A DNA stretch of 64,000 bases from an uncultured Acidobacteriota bacterium (lineage in GTDB: Bacteria; Acidobacteriota; UBA6911): NCBI GenBank assembly GCA_963827655.1, contig CAWHCF010000006.1, positions 267,022 to 331,021 on the forward strand, given 5' to 3'. The notes beneath the pieces were generated by a model. The model was not told where the DNA came from, did not search any database, and saw only the letters and a list, made by a program, of their open reading frames with translations. Position numbers and translations under genes: made by a program. Below, piece by piece: positions 22,462 to 35,610 of this stretch. The number at the start of each line of letters is the position of its first letter. Position 1 is the stretch's first letter.

Positions 22462-22589
22462 CCGTTCCACCACCCTGCCATAACAACGCGTGTAACGCTT
22501 CGCCCCTCTCGATCACATATACTCGAAACTGTATTGCTAAGTCTCCGTGTCTCGCGTCTTCAAGGCGCAACCCTGGGGCGAGGAGTGCT

Positions 22590-25301
22590 ATGCAAGGAAC
22601 GGAAACGTTATTTGCCAACAGCGAGCAGGCAGGAAACCTGTGCCCGCCGGTTTCCCAAAAGCTGCCCGCAATATCCCGATCCATGGTGGGGCGGATGATC
22701 GGCTCCTACAGGGTCCTCGCCCTGTTGGGTGCAGGAGGGATGGGTCACGTCTACCGGGCCAAGGACACGAAGCTGGGGCGAGAGGTTGCAATCAAGATCC
22801 TGCCGGATAAATTCTCGTCAAACCGGCAATGGGTAAAACGCTTCGAGCAGGAGGCGAGGGCGGCGTCGGCCCTGAACCATCCAAGCGTTGTCACGATTCA
22901 CGAGATCGGTCAGACCGGGTCGTTGTATTACATCGTGATGGAACTGATTGAAGGGCAAACGCTTCGCGAGATTCTTGGGTCCGGTCCGCCGCCGGTCAAA
23001 GAAGTGGTCGCGCTGGCCGCGCAGATTGCCGATGGGTTAGCGAAAGCTCACGAAGCGGGCATCACACATCGCGATCTCAAACCCGAGAATGTGATGGTAA
23101 CGAGAGATGGCCTGGCTAAGATCCTCGACTTCGGCCTGGCGCAGCTGCCCGAGTCTCAGGAAGGGAAGATTGAGTCGGGAGTTTCGACTCAGGCCGGTGT
23201 TCTGGTCGGAACCGTGGGATACATGTCGCCCGAGCAGGTGAGAGGCGGCCGGGTCGGCATTCAGTCCGACCAGTTCTCTTTCGGCACCATGCTCTATGAG
23301 CTGGCGACCGGCAAGCGGGCGTTTCAAGGGGCCACCCCGGTCGAGATTCTCTCGGCCATCATTCGGGACGATCCTCCTGCAGTTAGCGATCTGAACCCCA
23401 GGGTCCCCTTGCCCCTCCGCTGGACACTTGAGCGCTGCCTGGCGAAAAACCCTCAGGATCGTTATGTGTCGACCCGCGACCTTGCCCGCGACATTCAGAA
23501 CCTCCGGGATCGATTCCCGGAGATCAGGACGCAGACGGCCCGGCCTAAAACCCAGGCGCGCTCAGCCTGGATAGCTGCCGGTATATTCCTTCTTCTTGCG
23601 GCGCTGGCCGTGGGACTTCTCCATTTCCAAACCGCGCCAGCGACAGCCGGTCGGCCGGTCGTTTTTTCGGTTTCTCCACCCGAGCAGGAGACTTTCGATT
23701 TTGGAAGCCTGTCGCCCGACGGCAATCTCCTCGCTTATGCATCTCATAAACTTGGAGAGCCGAGCCGTCTCTGGATTCGACCTCTCGATTCCCTGGTCCC
23801 TCGCCCTTTGCCCGGAACAGAGGGCGCCGGTGCAATCTTCTGGTCACCTGATAACAACTTCATCGGGTTTTTCGCCGACGGAAAGCTGAAGAAGGTGGAA
23901 GTCTCCGGCAAACTTCCGCAAATTTTGTGCGAGGCGCCGGAGCCTCGAGGCGGAACCTGGAACCACGAAGGAACCATAATTTTTGCCCGGAGCGCAAACG
24001 AGGGGCTCTTTCGAATTGCGTCAGCGGGGGGCGAGCCGTCGCCCGTTACCACACCGGACCTGTCACGCCGGGAAATCTCTCACCGGTGGCCCCAATTCCT
24101 GCCGGATGGCCGGCACTTCATATTCTTCGTTCGAGGTCATGGAAACGAGGCTTCCGCTATCCGGACCGGGTCCCTGGAGTCTCGAGAAACCGAGGCGCTG
24201 TTGAGCGCAGATACGAACGCTCTCTACGCGGCGCCGGGCTACCTGCTCTTCATCCGGGCAGGCACGCTGCTGGCCCAGCCATTCGACGCAGGTCTCCGCC
24301 AGATCCATGGGGGGCCCGTTCCATTGGCCGAGCAAGTGGCCTACAGCGCCGGGAAGGGGCACGGCGTCTTCTCTGCCTCGCAGAATGGCGCGCTCGTCTT
24401 CGCGAACGCAGTCTCCCTGAACTCGCAACTGGCCTGGTTCGATCGAAACGGCAAGCAAATCGGAAGCGTCGGCGAGCCGGCCGTTCAGCGCTGCCCGACG
24501 CTCTCCCATGACGAAAGCAAGGTCGCCGTGGAGCGGCTCGATCCGCAGACAAGAACCTATGACATCTGGCTGATGAACCTGGTCGACGGCGCTCTCCGGA
24601 GGTTCACTTTCGATCCATCCAACGACGGAAACGCGGCCTGGTCGCCCGATGACCGGCGCATCCTGTTCACCTCAAACCGACAGGCGCATTGGGACATTTA
24701 CCAGAAGGACGTTTACGGCGCCGGAGGAGAGGAGATTGTCATGGAGGGCGAAAATCCCAAGAACGTCGATCACTTCTCCCAGGATGGGCGCTACGTTGTT
24801 TACACATCCTCAGGCCCACAAACGCAAAATGACTTGTGGGTCCTGCCGCTGCTGCAGGGCCGCTCGCCGGTGCCGCTGCTAAAGAGCCGATTCAACGAAG
24901 TGCAGGGGCAAGTCTCTCCCGATGGCCGATGGCTGGCGTTCGCTTCCAATGAATCGGGGACGCTTGAGGTCTACGTCCAGCCTTTTCCGGCATCGGGTGC
25001 CCGGTGGCAGATCTCTACCAACGGGGGCGCACAGCCGGCGTGGCGCCGCGACGGCAAGGAGCTCTTCTATATGAGCGGCGACAAGAGACTGGTGGCGGTG
25101 GAGGTCAAGGCCGGCACGAGCTTCGAACCGGGAGCCCGCAATGTCCTCTTCCAGACGCGAGTCAGTGGTCTGGTCAATGCCAGGAATCACTATGCCGTCT
25201 CGAAAGACGGGCAACGCTTTCTCATCAATGCGCTGGTCCAGGATGCGACGTCCCAGCCGTATAACGTGATGCTCAACTGGACCCAGACGCTCCCGCGCTA
25301 A
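22590..25301 (+). CDS. Ser/Thr kinase with TM helix and TolB/PD40 beta-propeller
   Basis: [20 protein letters not shown]; repeated WSPD/SPDG units. Confidence 0.95.
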   Translation: MQGTETLFANSEQAGNLCPPVSQKLPAISRSMVGRMIGSYRVLALLGAGGMGHVYRAKDTKLGREVAIKILPDKFSSNRQWVKRFEQEARAASALNHPSVVTIHEIGQTGSLYYIVMELIEGQTLREILGSGPPPVKEVVALAAQIADGLAKAHEAGITHRDLKPENVMVTRDGLAKILDFGLAQLPESQEGKIESGVSTQAGVLVGTVGYMSPEQVRGGRVGIQSDQFSFGTMLYELATGKRAFQGATPVEILSAIIRDDPPAVSDLNPRVPLPLRWTLERCLAKNPQDRYVSTRDLARDIQNLRDRFPEIRTQTARPKTQARSAWIAAGIFLLLAALAVGLLHFQTAPATAGRPVVFSVSPPEQETFDFGSLSPDGNLLAYASHKLGEPSRLWIRPLDSLVPRPLPGTEGAGAIFWSPDNNFIGFFADGKLKKVEVSGKLPQILCEAPEPRGGTWNHEGTIIFARSANEGLFRIASAGGEPSPVTTPDLSRREISHRWPQFLPDGRHFIFFVRGHGNEASAIRTGSLESRETEALLSADTNALYAAPGYLLFIRAGTLLAQPFDAGLRQIHGGPVPLAEQVAYSAGKGHGVFSASQNGALVFANAVSLNSQLAWFDRNGKQIGSVGEPAVQRCPTLSHDESKVAVERLDPQTRTYDIWLMNLVDGALRRFTFDPSNDGNAAWSPDDRRILFTSNRQAHWDIYQKDVYGAGGEEIVMEGENPKNVDHFSQDGRYVVYTSSGPQTQNDLWVLPLLQGRSPVPLLKSRFNEVQGQVSPDGRWLAFASNESGTLEVYVQPFPASGARWQISTNGGAQPAWRRDGKELFYMSGDKRLVAVEVKAGTSFEPGARNVLFQTRVSGLVNARNHYAVSKDGQRFLINALVQDATSQPYNVMLNWTQTLPR

Positions 25302-25347
25302 GTACGCGGTTTCGTAACGCAGCCGTGAGGCCGCAACCGAAGTGCTC

Positions 25348-25433
25348 TTAGTGTTTCTTTGTGTCTTCGTGTCTTTGTGGTTAGAGCTATCTAACAAATA
25401 CCACGAAGACTCAAAGACACGAAGAAACACTAA
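25348..25433. repeat. REP-like long inverted repeat
   Basis: ttagtgtttctttgtgtcttcgtgtctttgtggt ... accacgaagactcaaagacacgaagaaacactaa, built from 9-bp units. Confidence 0.75.
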
Positions 25434-25570
25434 TAATCTTGCCAAAAAAGCGACGCCTGTTCTTAGAAACTCACCACGAAGACGTGAACCCCTCGCTTAA
25501 CGTCCGCACGTTGAACCTCTCGAGATGCGGTGTTATAGTCGGCCAATTCCACCTCAACCATTGGGACCTG

Positions 25571-27515
25571 ATGATGCTCATCAAACCTCGGGCGTTGTGC
25601 TTGATAGTGGCGCTTGTTCTGGGTTGCGCTCTCACCACCACCTCAGCAGTGGCAATCCTGGATGGCCGCAGTCAGGACCGAAACGCCCGACCCGAGCGAC
25701 CTCCTTCCTCCAGCGAGCTGCGCGGAATGATTGAAAGGTACGGTCGATCGCGGGAACTTGAGCCGTTCGTATCCGGTCGAAATCTCGTCCGCCCGCCAGG
25801 CTCGCCTCAGGCAGTTCTACTCCGAATGGCTCGCCCTGATCGGGCCGCTCAAGTTCGACGCTCTCGGCCAGGATGACAAGGTGGACTATCTGCTGCTCAA
25901 GAATCATCTCGATTACGAATTGCGGCAGCTCGACATCCAGGCCAGGACTCTCGCCGAAGCGGCGCCGCTCGTCCCCTTCGCGCAAACGATCACCGAACTC
26001 GAAGAGCGGCGGCGCCGGATGGAGCGGATCGACTCTCCGAAGGTAGCCGCCTTGCTTACCGGTTTGAACAAGCAGATCGCGGCCGCGCGCCGCGGCGTCG
26101 AGGCCGGGTTAAGGGGCAGGGCAGGATGGCAAACAATACCGAAGGCGACGGTGATGGCAAGGTCGAGCCCATGGCAGTGAAAAAGGCCGTGGCCAACCGC
26201 GCGGCGATGATGATCAACGGCCTGCGGAACACCCTGAGAAACTGGTTCAGCTTCTACAACGGTTACGATCCCGTCTTTACCTGGTGGGCGGAGGCGCCCT
26301 ACAAAACAGTTGATAAGTCGCTCCAAGACTATGTCGCCTTACTGCGCGAAAAGGTCCTCGGCCTCAAAGCGAGCAGCGACGATGCGGGTAGTCCGCCGGA
26401 CGCCAACCCGCCCGGTGGAGGCAATCCGTTGAGGAGCGGGCAAGGCGGGCGTGGCGGAAGCGTAGCCGCCGAAGCAGGCAGCAGCGCTGACATCGTCGGC
26501 GACCCGATCGGCCGTGAGGCCCTGATGGTCGAGCTGGCCCGGGAAATCATCCCGTACACGCCGGAAGAACTCATAGCCCTCGCCAACAAGGAGTTCGCGT
26601 GGTGCGAGAATGAAATGAAGAAGGCTGCGCGCGATCTGGGCTACGGCGAGGACTGGCTGAAGGCGCTCGAATACGTCAAGACGCTTTACGTCGAGCCGGG
26701 CAAGCAACCGGAGCTGATCCGCGATCTGGCGCTGGAAGCGATCAAGTTCGTGGAAGATCACGATCTGGTTACCGTTCCGCCGCTGGCGCGGGAGACCTGG
26801 CGGATCGAGATGATGACTCCTCAGCGGCAACTGGTGAATCCTTTCTTCACCGGCGGCGAGACGATCAGTGTTTCTTATCCTACCAACACGATGTCGCATG
26901 AGCAGAAGCTCATGAGCATGCGCGGCAACAACATTCATTTTGCGCGGGCTACGGTATTTCACGAGCTGATCCCGGGCCATCATCTGCAAGGCTTCATGAC
27001 GGCTCGCTACCGGCCCTACCGCGGCCTGTTCAGCACGCCGTTCTGGGGCGAGGGCTGGGCGCTTTACTGGGAATTGTTGTTGTGGGACATGAACTTCCCG
27101 AAAACGCCGGAGAACCGGATCGGAATGCTCTTCTGGCGCATGCATCGTTGCGCGCGCATTATCTTCTCGCTCAGCTTTCACCTGGAGAAAATGACGGCGC
27201 AGGAATGCATCGATTTGCTGGTCAAGCGCGTCGGCCATGAGCCGGAAAACGCAACCGCGGAAGTGCGCCGCTCATTCAATGGCAGCTACCCGCCGCTCTA
27301 TCAAGCCGCGTATTTGCTCGGCGGCCTGCAGTTTTACGCGCTCCATAAGGAACTGGTGGACTCGGGCAAAATGACCAACCGCGCCTTCCACGATATGATT
27401 CTGAAGGAAAACCGGATCCCGGTCGAGATGGTGCGCGCCCTTCTGACTAACCAGCCACTCGCGCGCGACTACGTGTCGAACTGGAGATTCTACGGGCCAA
27501 AGAACCAACCGCTAA
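25571..27515 (+). CDS. DUF885 family protein (frameshifted; 3' end approximate)
   Basis: HELIPGHHLQ, EGWALYWE, YQAAYLLG; signal peptide. Confidence 0.85.
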
Positions 27516-27538
27516 GGCGCCAAGTCGCGAGGGAAACG

Positions 27539-29173
27539 CTAAGCTTCTTTCGCCCGTTTCTCGTAGACGGCTCTTCCGATTCGAAAAGCCTCGATCGAAG
27601 CCTGCTTGTCTTCCGGCCGAGCGAACTTCGCCTGGGTTTCCAGCCACTGGATGCTCAAGTCCATGTACCGGACGTAATACTGAGCGTCGTCCCAACTCCG
27701 AATCGGCCGGCCGTCCCGCAGAATGTACACGGGTGAGGTATGGGCGAAGACCGTCTCCGGCCGGCGGGTGCCAAAGTAGTTGCTGAGAACGGTCCCCTCC
27801 TCGACGTGAATGGTATCGAACTTGACTCCCTTGGCGTGATAACCATCGATGTCTTCGTAAGCTCGGGCGGCGATCCAGCAGCTCTCGCGCAGCGGGTGCT
27901 CCAGCTTGATCTCCGCCGAATGCCTCGGGCCGCTTGGCGTCGTCTCTCCGATAACCCGTCCGTTGCAGACGACTTCGAGATGGTGGTAGGGCAGCTGAGA
28001 TTCGGCGCGGGCGCGGATCTCCACGATCTTGGCGCGCCGGGAATCCAGCTCGAGCCGGGCGCCAGGCTCCTGGCCGTTCACGGTCATGGAGAGAATCGGA
28101 CTATTGCTGATAAAAGTGCGCCCCGCCTTCAGCGCAGCGATCCAGCTACCATAGGTGAACTCCCCTTCGATGCGTCCGAAAACGCGGTTGGCTCCCACCG
28201 TCACGAACGTAGTCATCTTGTCCGTGCCCGCGGTAGCCGTCAGACGAAAGCCGCAGTTCAGAAAGCGATACCAGAGCCGCAGACCGTCATTGGCCTCCCA
28301 CTCCGGCACCACTCCTCTCATGAACAAGGGGAACCGGCGCGGCTCGAGCACAGACATGAATTCCAGGCCGTCGAGCTTTTCCATCGCCACGTCGAGCGGG
28401 CTCTCTACTCCGGGCCAGCTCGGGAAGTGCGCCCACGAAACGTAGCCGCCCTGCTCATGGACTTCGTCGCACACTCGAAGGTGCAGGGGATGATGATGCG
28501 GCTGAACCTCCGTGACGGGCTGGACCAGCTTCTTCAGATTCAGGAGGCAGAGATGGCCCAGCTGGTGGTTCCGGAACTCCTGGTTGACGTAGATGAGGTG
28601 TTTGCCGCTGGAATGGGTATTAACTCTCCCCTCGAACTCGCGCTGGTCCTTGGTGAAATCGGAGGTGAGGATGTTGGCGACATTCAAGTCCTCCGCGTCC
28701 ATTTCGAGGCGACAGGTCTTGGGAGCAATGTGATGAATATGAACGTCGCCGCTATACCATCCCAGGTCCGACAGCGACGACCAGCGCGAAAGCGGAACCA
28801 CCATTGCGCCCGTACCTCCGCTCGGGCCTGTCAATTCTCCCTCGGCAATCCTGTACTCATAGCCCTTGAGCATCTGGTATCGCAGCGGGAGCCGGGCGCG
28901 GTCGACGGCAAATTCACCGTCGATGTAGCAGTAGCGGCGCGATTGAAACCTGACATCCCCTTCCTGGGCGTCCTTGGCCAGTTGATCCGCGTGTCCCAGA
29001 GGGACAACTTCCCTGCCCTGCGAATCCACGAGCCGCACCCGCGCGGCAAGCGGACGTCCCGATTTCTCGTCCACGACCCGGCAAGTCACCGGACCGCCCT
29101 GAGCGGCGCCAAATTGCAGGGCGGCGCCGCTCGCGCCGAGATTGCGAAGGAATCTACGTCGATTCATGGTCAT
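27539..29173 (-). CDS. Tat-exported CehA/McbA-like PHP metallohydrolase
   Basis: RRRFL Tat motif; GDVHIH, QEFR..GH, WAH, AGTD, AHTSPVY. Confidence 0.85.
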   Translation of the reverse strand: MTMNRRRFLRNLGASGAALQFGAAQGGPVTCRVVDEKSGRPLAARVRLVDSQGREVVPLGHADQLAKDAQEGDVRFQSRRYCYIDGEFAVDRARLPLRYQMLKGYEYRIAEGELTGPSGGTGAMVVPLSRWSSLSDLGWYSGDVHIHHIAPKTCRLEMDAEDLNVANILTSDFTKDQREFEGRVNTHSSGKHLIYVNQEFRNHQLGHLCLLNLKKLVQPVTEVQPHHHPLHLRVCDEVHEQGGYVSWAHFPSWPGVESPLDVAMEKLDGLEFMSVLEPRRFPLFMRGVVPEWEANDGLRLWYRFLNCGFRLTATAGTDKMTTFVTVGANRVFGRIEGEFTYGSWIAALKAGRTFISNSPILSMTVNGQEPGARLELDSRRAKIVEIRARAESQLPYHHLEVVCNGRVIGETTPSGPRHSAEIKLEHPLRESCWIAARAYEDIDGYHAKGVKFDTIHVEEGTVLSNYFGTRRPETVFAHTSPVYILRDGRPIRSWDDAQYYVRYMDLSIQWLETQAKFARPEDKQASIEAFRIGRAVYEKRAKEA

Positions 29174-29424
29174 GGTCTGTCCTCCAGGCTCGCGCTTTTT
29201 TTACGGCTGCATTAGACCGCGAAGACACGAGGAAACACTGAGACTCGTCCCAAGCCTCAGGGGTGATACAATAGGCGGCATTTGGAATCAACCCCGTCTC
29301 GGTTACGGCATGGTTCGCACACGCTGTTCCAGCAGTACGTTCTTTTTCATTTGTCATTCTTTCATTGGTCACCGACGCCAGTCTATGACAAAATGAAAGA
29401 CCAATGACAAATGGAGGAGGGATT

Positions 29425-32400
29425 ATGCCAGAACGGCTTCTTTCTCGTTGCTTCTTGATCGTTCCGGTGGCGCTCACACTCCTGCCCCTGTACGCCCAGG
29501 CGCCGACAGCGGCGATCGTAGGGACGATTCGCGACGCTTCGGCCGCCGCCGTTCCAGGCGCCACGGTAACGGTGATCAATGTGCTCACAGGCCTTACCCA
29601 AAGCCGCGACAGCGGCGTCGAGGGCTCGTATTCGATCCCGTTGCTGCCCGTGGGGCAGTACCGACTCGAGGTCCACAAGACCGGGTTCCAGCGCCATGTC
29701 CGAGAACGAATCTCGCTGGCGGTCAACGATCGCCTGACGATCGATGTGACCCTGGAAGTCGGGACCGTAGCGGAGCAGGTGACCGTTACCGGATCGTCGC
29801 CGCTGGTTGAGGCCCAGACGGGCACGTTGCGCGGCGTCGTTGATCAGCAGCGCATGGTCAGCCTCCCCCTGAACGGGCGCAACATGACCCAGCTGGTGGC
29901 ACTCCAGGCCGGCGTGATTCAGACCGCCGATCTGTCCTCCACCGGAGAGGGCGTCGCTTTTGCCGTCAACGGCAGCCGCCAGAACGGCGTCTACTACCTG
30001 CTCGACGGCGGTTACAACACCAGCACCTATCGCAACTACAGCGGCACTTTCCCGAACCCTGACGCGGTCCAGGAGTTCAGCGTTCAGCGCAGCAACTTCA
30101 GCGCCGAATACGCCAACGCTACCGGCGCGGTCGTGAACGTGGTCACGAAGTCCGGGACCAACGAGTTCCACGGGTCGGCCTTCGAATTCGTGCGCAACTC
30201 CGTCTTCAACGCGCGCAACTTCTTTGCGCCTCGGCGCGACACGCTGAAACGCAACCAGTTCGGCGGCGCCTTGGGCGGTCCGGTCATCAAGGACAAGCTC
30301 TTCTTTCTGGGTTCTTATCAAGGAACGCTCCTGCGCAGCGACGCCCAGCTTTCGCGCCAGTTCCTTCCGACCGCCGCACAGCGCAACGGGGACTTCTCCG
30401 CCGTTGCCCGCCAGCTCATTGATCCTCAGACCGGCCAGCCATTCCCAGGCAACCGCATACCCGTCAGTCGCTTCAGCCCGGTGACCTCGAATTTCCTGAA
30501 GTACATTCCCGAAGTCCCGGCTTTCGACGGCCAGCGTTTCACGGGTTCACCCAATATCACCGATACCGCAGAATACACCGGCCGGCTCGACTGGAACCCG
30601 GGTTCGCACCGGTTCTCCGGAAAGGCCTTCATCGCAACCCTCTCGAAGCCATTCTTTGCCGATCCTGACGATATCGCCCTTCCTCTGGTGCGGCGCGAGA
30701 GCCAGCCCTACCGCCACGTGTCCGGCAATCACACCTATGCCTTCTCGCCGAACTTCATCAACAACGCCACCTTCGCTTACCGCTACCGGGCGCGGTTCAA
30801 CGACTGGGATGGCTTCGAATACCCCATCAACTTCAGCACCGCCGGCGTGCGCAACATCGCCACGCGGAGTCCGGCCGGGATGGTGATGACCATCTCCGGT
30901 CTTTTCAGCGTCAGCACGACCTGGCCCTACGAGATTGAAGACAGTGACTGGCACTGGGCCGACACGTTGACGTTGATGCGCGGGCGCCACGAGATCAAGG
31001 TTGGCGGCGAATTCATCCGCAGCAGAAACCAGATCCGCAACCACTTCCGCACCATGGGCCTGTTCACCTTTGACGGAAGCCTCTCGGGCAATGCCATGGC
31101 CGACTTCATGCTCGGCGAGGTCTATAACTTTCAGCAGGGGGGCGGCGAATACAAGGATCTCTCGGGCAACCGCGCCGGCCTGTTTGTGCAGGACGACTGG
31201 CGCGTTCATCCGAACTTCACGCTCAATCTTGGCGTCCGGTGGGACCCGACCTTCCCGTTCGAAGACACGCTGGGCCGCGTCCAGTGCTTCCGCCCGGAAC
31301 TGCGGTCCACGCGTTTTCCCAAGGCGCCCGTGGCGTATCTCAGCGCCGGCGACCCGGGTTGCCCGGCGGGCGGCTTCGATTCCTACCTGAGATCATTCGC
31401 GCCGCGGGCAGGCTTCGCCTGGCGGCCCCAGGGGTCACGGACCGTGGTGCGCGCCGCGTTCGGCCTGTTCTGGAATCCGCAGTTCACCAGTCTCTACAAC
31501 GGCTTTGTGAACGGCGCCCCATTCAGCCCGCAGGTCAATCGGTTCGCCGTGCGATTCCAGGACCCCTATGAGAGCGCCGCCAACCCCTTTCCTCAGTTCT
31601 ACGCCCCATTCAGCCCGCCTTCCGATTCCGATTTCTTTCCGCCCCTGGGTCTGGTGGGCTCGTTCGATCCCGCTTTCCATCCTTCGTACACCGAGACATG
31701 GAACCTGACGCTCGAGCGTGAAGTAATCCCCAACCTGCTGGCGCGCATGAGCTATGTGGGCAATATGGGCCGCCGCCTTTCCTACGACGTGGATATCAAC
31801 TATGCCCGCTTCGTGCCGGGCGCCTCCGCGCGAGACATCCAGGACCGTCGGCCCTATCGGGACTTCGGGCAAATCCTGAGTGCCATTCCGGGCTCCACAT
31901 CCAGCTACCACGGTCTGCAGGCATCGGTCGAGCGCCGCTTCTCCTTGTTCTCGTTCGAGGCCAACTACACCTGGTCCAAGGCAATCGACGACTACTCGGC
32001 CGACCCTACTCCCGGCCAGTCGTCGTCTCTTTCGATCCCTTTCGACCGGGCGTTGAACCGGGGCCTGTCGGACTTCGACGTGACGCACCGTTTTGTGGTC
32101 TCTTACGTGTGGGCGCTGCCGGCCCTTTCGTCCGCCTCGCCCTGGGTGCGCAGCGATTTTCGGATCCTGGGAAACCTCCGGCATCTGGACGCTGCAGAGC
32201 GGCCGGCCGTTCTCGGTCACTTCGGGACGCGACAATGCGTTCAGCGGCATCAACCGCGACAATGCCGATCTGATCGGGGATCCTTTCCTCGATACGGACC
32301 GCCCTCGCGGCGAGCAGATTGAGCAGTACTTCCGTACCTCGGCCTACGCGACGAATGCCACCGGCACCTTCGGCAGCGCACCCCGCAACCACCTGCGCGG

Positions 32401-32614
32401 CCCCGGATACTCTAACGTGGACCTGGCCGTGCTGAAGAACTTCCCTATACGCGAAGGCATGAACTTTCAGTTCCGCACCGAGTTCTTCAACGGGTTCAAT
32501 CAGCCGAATTTCAGCAATCCGTTCAGCACGCAAAGCACGCCCGCCCGCTTCGGACGGATCGAAAGCGCGGGCGATGCGCGTGTCATCCAGTTCGGCTTGA
32601 AACTCCTGTTCTAG
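29425..32614 (+). CDS. Oar-like TonB-dependent receptor with carboxypeptidase-regulatory N-domain (frameshift near 32150)
   Basis: LPLNGRN, PNPDAVQEF, TKSGTNEFHG, RNQFGG, C-terminal RVIQFGLKLLF. Confidence 0.93.
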
Positions 32615-32707
32615 AAAAAATCGGTGACAGGCTCCAAATTGCGTTGCGAAACACCAGTCTTTGGGCGCTCTTAACAACGCAATTTGGAAGCCTGTCACCG
32701 ATTTTTT
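32615..32707. terminator. Long hairpin between convergent genes (bidirectional terminator or REP-like element)
   Basis: AAAAAATCGGTGACAGGCTCCAAATTGCGTTG ... CAACGCAATTTGGAAGCCTGTCACCGATTTTTT. Confidence 0.75.
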
Positions 32708-32712
32708 GCGGG

Positions 32713-35167
32713 CTAGTCGTGCCGCAGCGCCACCATCGGATCTACCCTGGCGGCCCGCCGGGCGGGTACGAGACTGGCGGCTGCGGCCACACCCACCAGC
32801 AGGAGCGACACCGACGCAAACGCAGCCGGCTCGGTGGTGCTCACGCCATACAGAAGCGTGGAAAGGGTTCGGCTGACTGCAAGCGAGCCGGCCAGACCGA
32901 TCAGGACCCCGGTCGCGGCCAGCCTCAAGGCCTGCGCCAGAACCATGCGCAGCACGTTTCGCGGTTGCGCTCCGAGCGCCATTCGAATCCCGATCTCTTG
33001 CGTGCGTTGCGCGGTCGAATAGGATACGACGCCATAGATGCCGAGCGCCGCCAGCAGGAGAGCCAAACCGGCGAAGACACCAAGCAGGACGGCGCGAAAC
33101 CGCGGTTGGGCCACCGAATCGCCGACGATATCGTCCATGGTTCGGATTGACGTGATGAGAGCATTGCGGTCCAGATCGTAGGCTGCGCGGCGCAATGCGG
33201 CGGCCAGACTCGACGGGTCCGCGGTTGCGCGAACTACAAGGTCTACCTCGTACCAGGGCCAGTGCCAGTAGGGCATGTATAACTCCGGGCGCGGCTCGGC
33301 GTCGAGGCCTATGCCGCGCATGTCCGCCACGACACCGATGATCTGCATCCAGTCCGGCTCGCCGCCTCCACCCGGGCGGGTCCGCCCCAGCCTCTCGCGG
33401 CTCCCCAGGGCCGCGCGGCGCCCGACGGGATCTTCTCCCGGCCAGTAGCGCCGGGCCATGGTTTCATTGATGATTGCGACGGGGGGCGCTTCGGCCCCGT
33501 CCGATTCAGTAAAGAACCGCCCGCGAACCAGCGGGACTCCCATGGTGCGGAAGTAGTCGGGCGTCGCCCCGCCGGCCTTCGCCTTCGCCGAATCGGCTGC
33601 CGGCAGTATACCCCGCTCCGGGATCGTAATGGGCTGTCCCGCCACTCCGCCATCGGCCAGCGGCAGCATGCTCACGCCTCCTACCGAAACCACCCCGGGC
33701 AACTCTCGGATACGACTCATCAGTTGCTGAAAGTACACCCTCGGGGGCGTGCGCCCGGCGAAGGAGCGGCCGGTCATGTCAAATCTCGCCGCAAGCACGT
33801 TCTCCGGACGGAATCCGGGATTCACCCCGCTCAGACGAAAGAAGCTTTCGATGAGCAGCGCGGCGCAGACCAGGAGCATCGTGGCGAGCGCGATTTCGAA
33901 GACGATCAGGCCCTTCCGGGCCGGCATGGCCCGCCCGGTCCAGTTGCGGGCGGCGAGGGCCGTCCTGGATGCGTGCCAGGCGGGCGCGAGTCCGAAGAGC
34001 AGGCCCGTGAGAATCGCGGCCGCTGCGGTGAATGCGAGCACCGGCAGATTGATCTCGGCCTCGGACAGACGCGGCACTCTGTCGGCCGCGGCGGCGGCGA
34101 CCAGCTTCAGGCTGAAGATCGCCAACAGGAGACCCGAGCCCCCGCCGGCCAGAGCAAGCACGAGGCTTTCGATCAAGGACTGGCGGATTATGCGCGCGCG
34201 GCTCGCGCCCAGGACGACGCGCATGACGATCTCCTTCTGCCTTGCGACGGCGCGCGAGAGCATCAAGCTTGCGATGTTGGCGGATGCAATCAGCAGCACG
34301 AAAAGCACCGCGCCCATGAGGACCAGGAACGATCGCCGCAGCGGCCCCACCATCTGCTCCAGCAGTGGAATCACGACGACTGCCGGGCTTTCGCGCGCTT
34401 CCGGATGCTGGTCGAGGATGCGGCGAGCGATCGTGTCCATCTCTGTTTGGGCTTGCGCGAGGCTGGAACCGGCCTTGAGCCGGGCGACTACGACCAGCCA
34501 GGAACAGCAACGGGCGGCGGCGCCGGGGGCCGGCACCTGGACTCCCATCCAGCCGGCAGGCAGCCAGATCTCCGAGCGGTCGGGAAAATCGAACCCGGGC
34601 GGCATAACACCCACGATCGTGTACGTGCGGAGGCCGTAGGTGTCGACCGTGACCGTTCGGCCCAGGACATCCCGCGCGCCCCCAAAGCGCCGCTGCCAGA
34701 GTCCGTAGCCCAGTATGGCGGCCTGGTTCCCTTGCCGTTCGTCTTCCTCCGGCGCCGAACGTGCGTCCCAGGATCGGCTCGACGCCAAGCGCCCGAAACA
34801 GGCCGGCCGATCCATAGGCTCCCGCGACGCGTTCAGGACCGTCATGGCCGACAAGCCGGAATGTCTGGGCTCCGCCCCAGGCCGGGTAGAAGCCCATGTG
34901 ATCAAACACCTGGTTCTGTTCACGCCAGTCGGCGAAATTGGCCGGTGCCACGCGTGCTTGCGCGGTGCCTTTCTGCGGATCCCGCTGCCAGAGCATGACG
35001 AGGCGGTCTGGCTCGGGGTAGGGCAGCGGCCTCAGAAACACCGCCTTGACGATGCTGAAGATGACGGTGTTGGCTCCGATCCCGAGCGTCAAAGTAAGGA
35101 TCGCGATTACGGCAAACCCGGGATTGTTCCGCAGAGTCCTGATGGCGTAGCGAAAGTCTTGACCCAT
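32713..35167 (-). CDS. ADOP (acidobacterial duplicated orphan) ABC permease (frameshift near 34760)
   Basis: [45 protein letters not shown]. Confidence 0.92.
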
Positions 35168-35610
35168 GGTGTAAGAGACGGGCTTGGAAGGCTTTTGTTA
35201 ACGCGCCTGGGCTCCGACGCTGCGTCTGGAGAGCGCAAGCTTGCTTTCGGGCACTCGGCAGGGTAGGCGACGGAAATTAGGTCCCGAGGCAGGCGTAGCG
35301 TGAGCCCAGGGTTAGAGGTCCGAAAGAACTGTGCAAGCCTAACACACCCGGAGCCATTGACGGAAAAGTCCGTGTCCAACGCCCCCCGGGGCGCGCATCG
35401 TCGACGTGTCGTTGACGTGGTCGTGCCCGCTCGTCGACGGCTAATTGCGCGTTCGACGTTCGGGACTCGCAAGCTCGTCAAAGAACCCAATGTTCTAACT
35501 CAAGGGCGAGTAAGCTTGCCGAGCTTGCTTGCGCATCGACTGCGGCAGCTTCCTACCGCAAGCGCTGCCCGAATATGGCCAATCACCAGCCAGCCTTAGT
35601 TCCCTGACCC

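Noticed and set aside
22455-22540. Possible integron attC site (also near 35337)
   Set aside because: Only partial TAAC/GTTA boxes, no convincing hairpin, no cassette array and no intI
27740-29215. Long antisense ORFs (also 33724-34998, 10359-11393, 7063-8061)
   Set aside because: Shadow frames of real genes, typical of high-GC DNA, with no protein motifs
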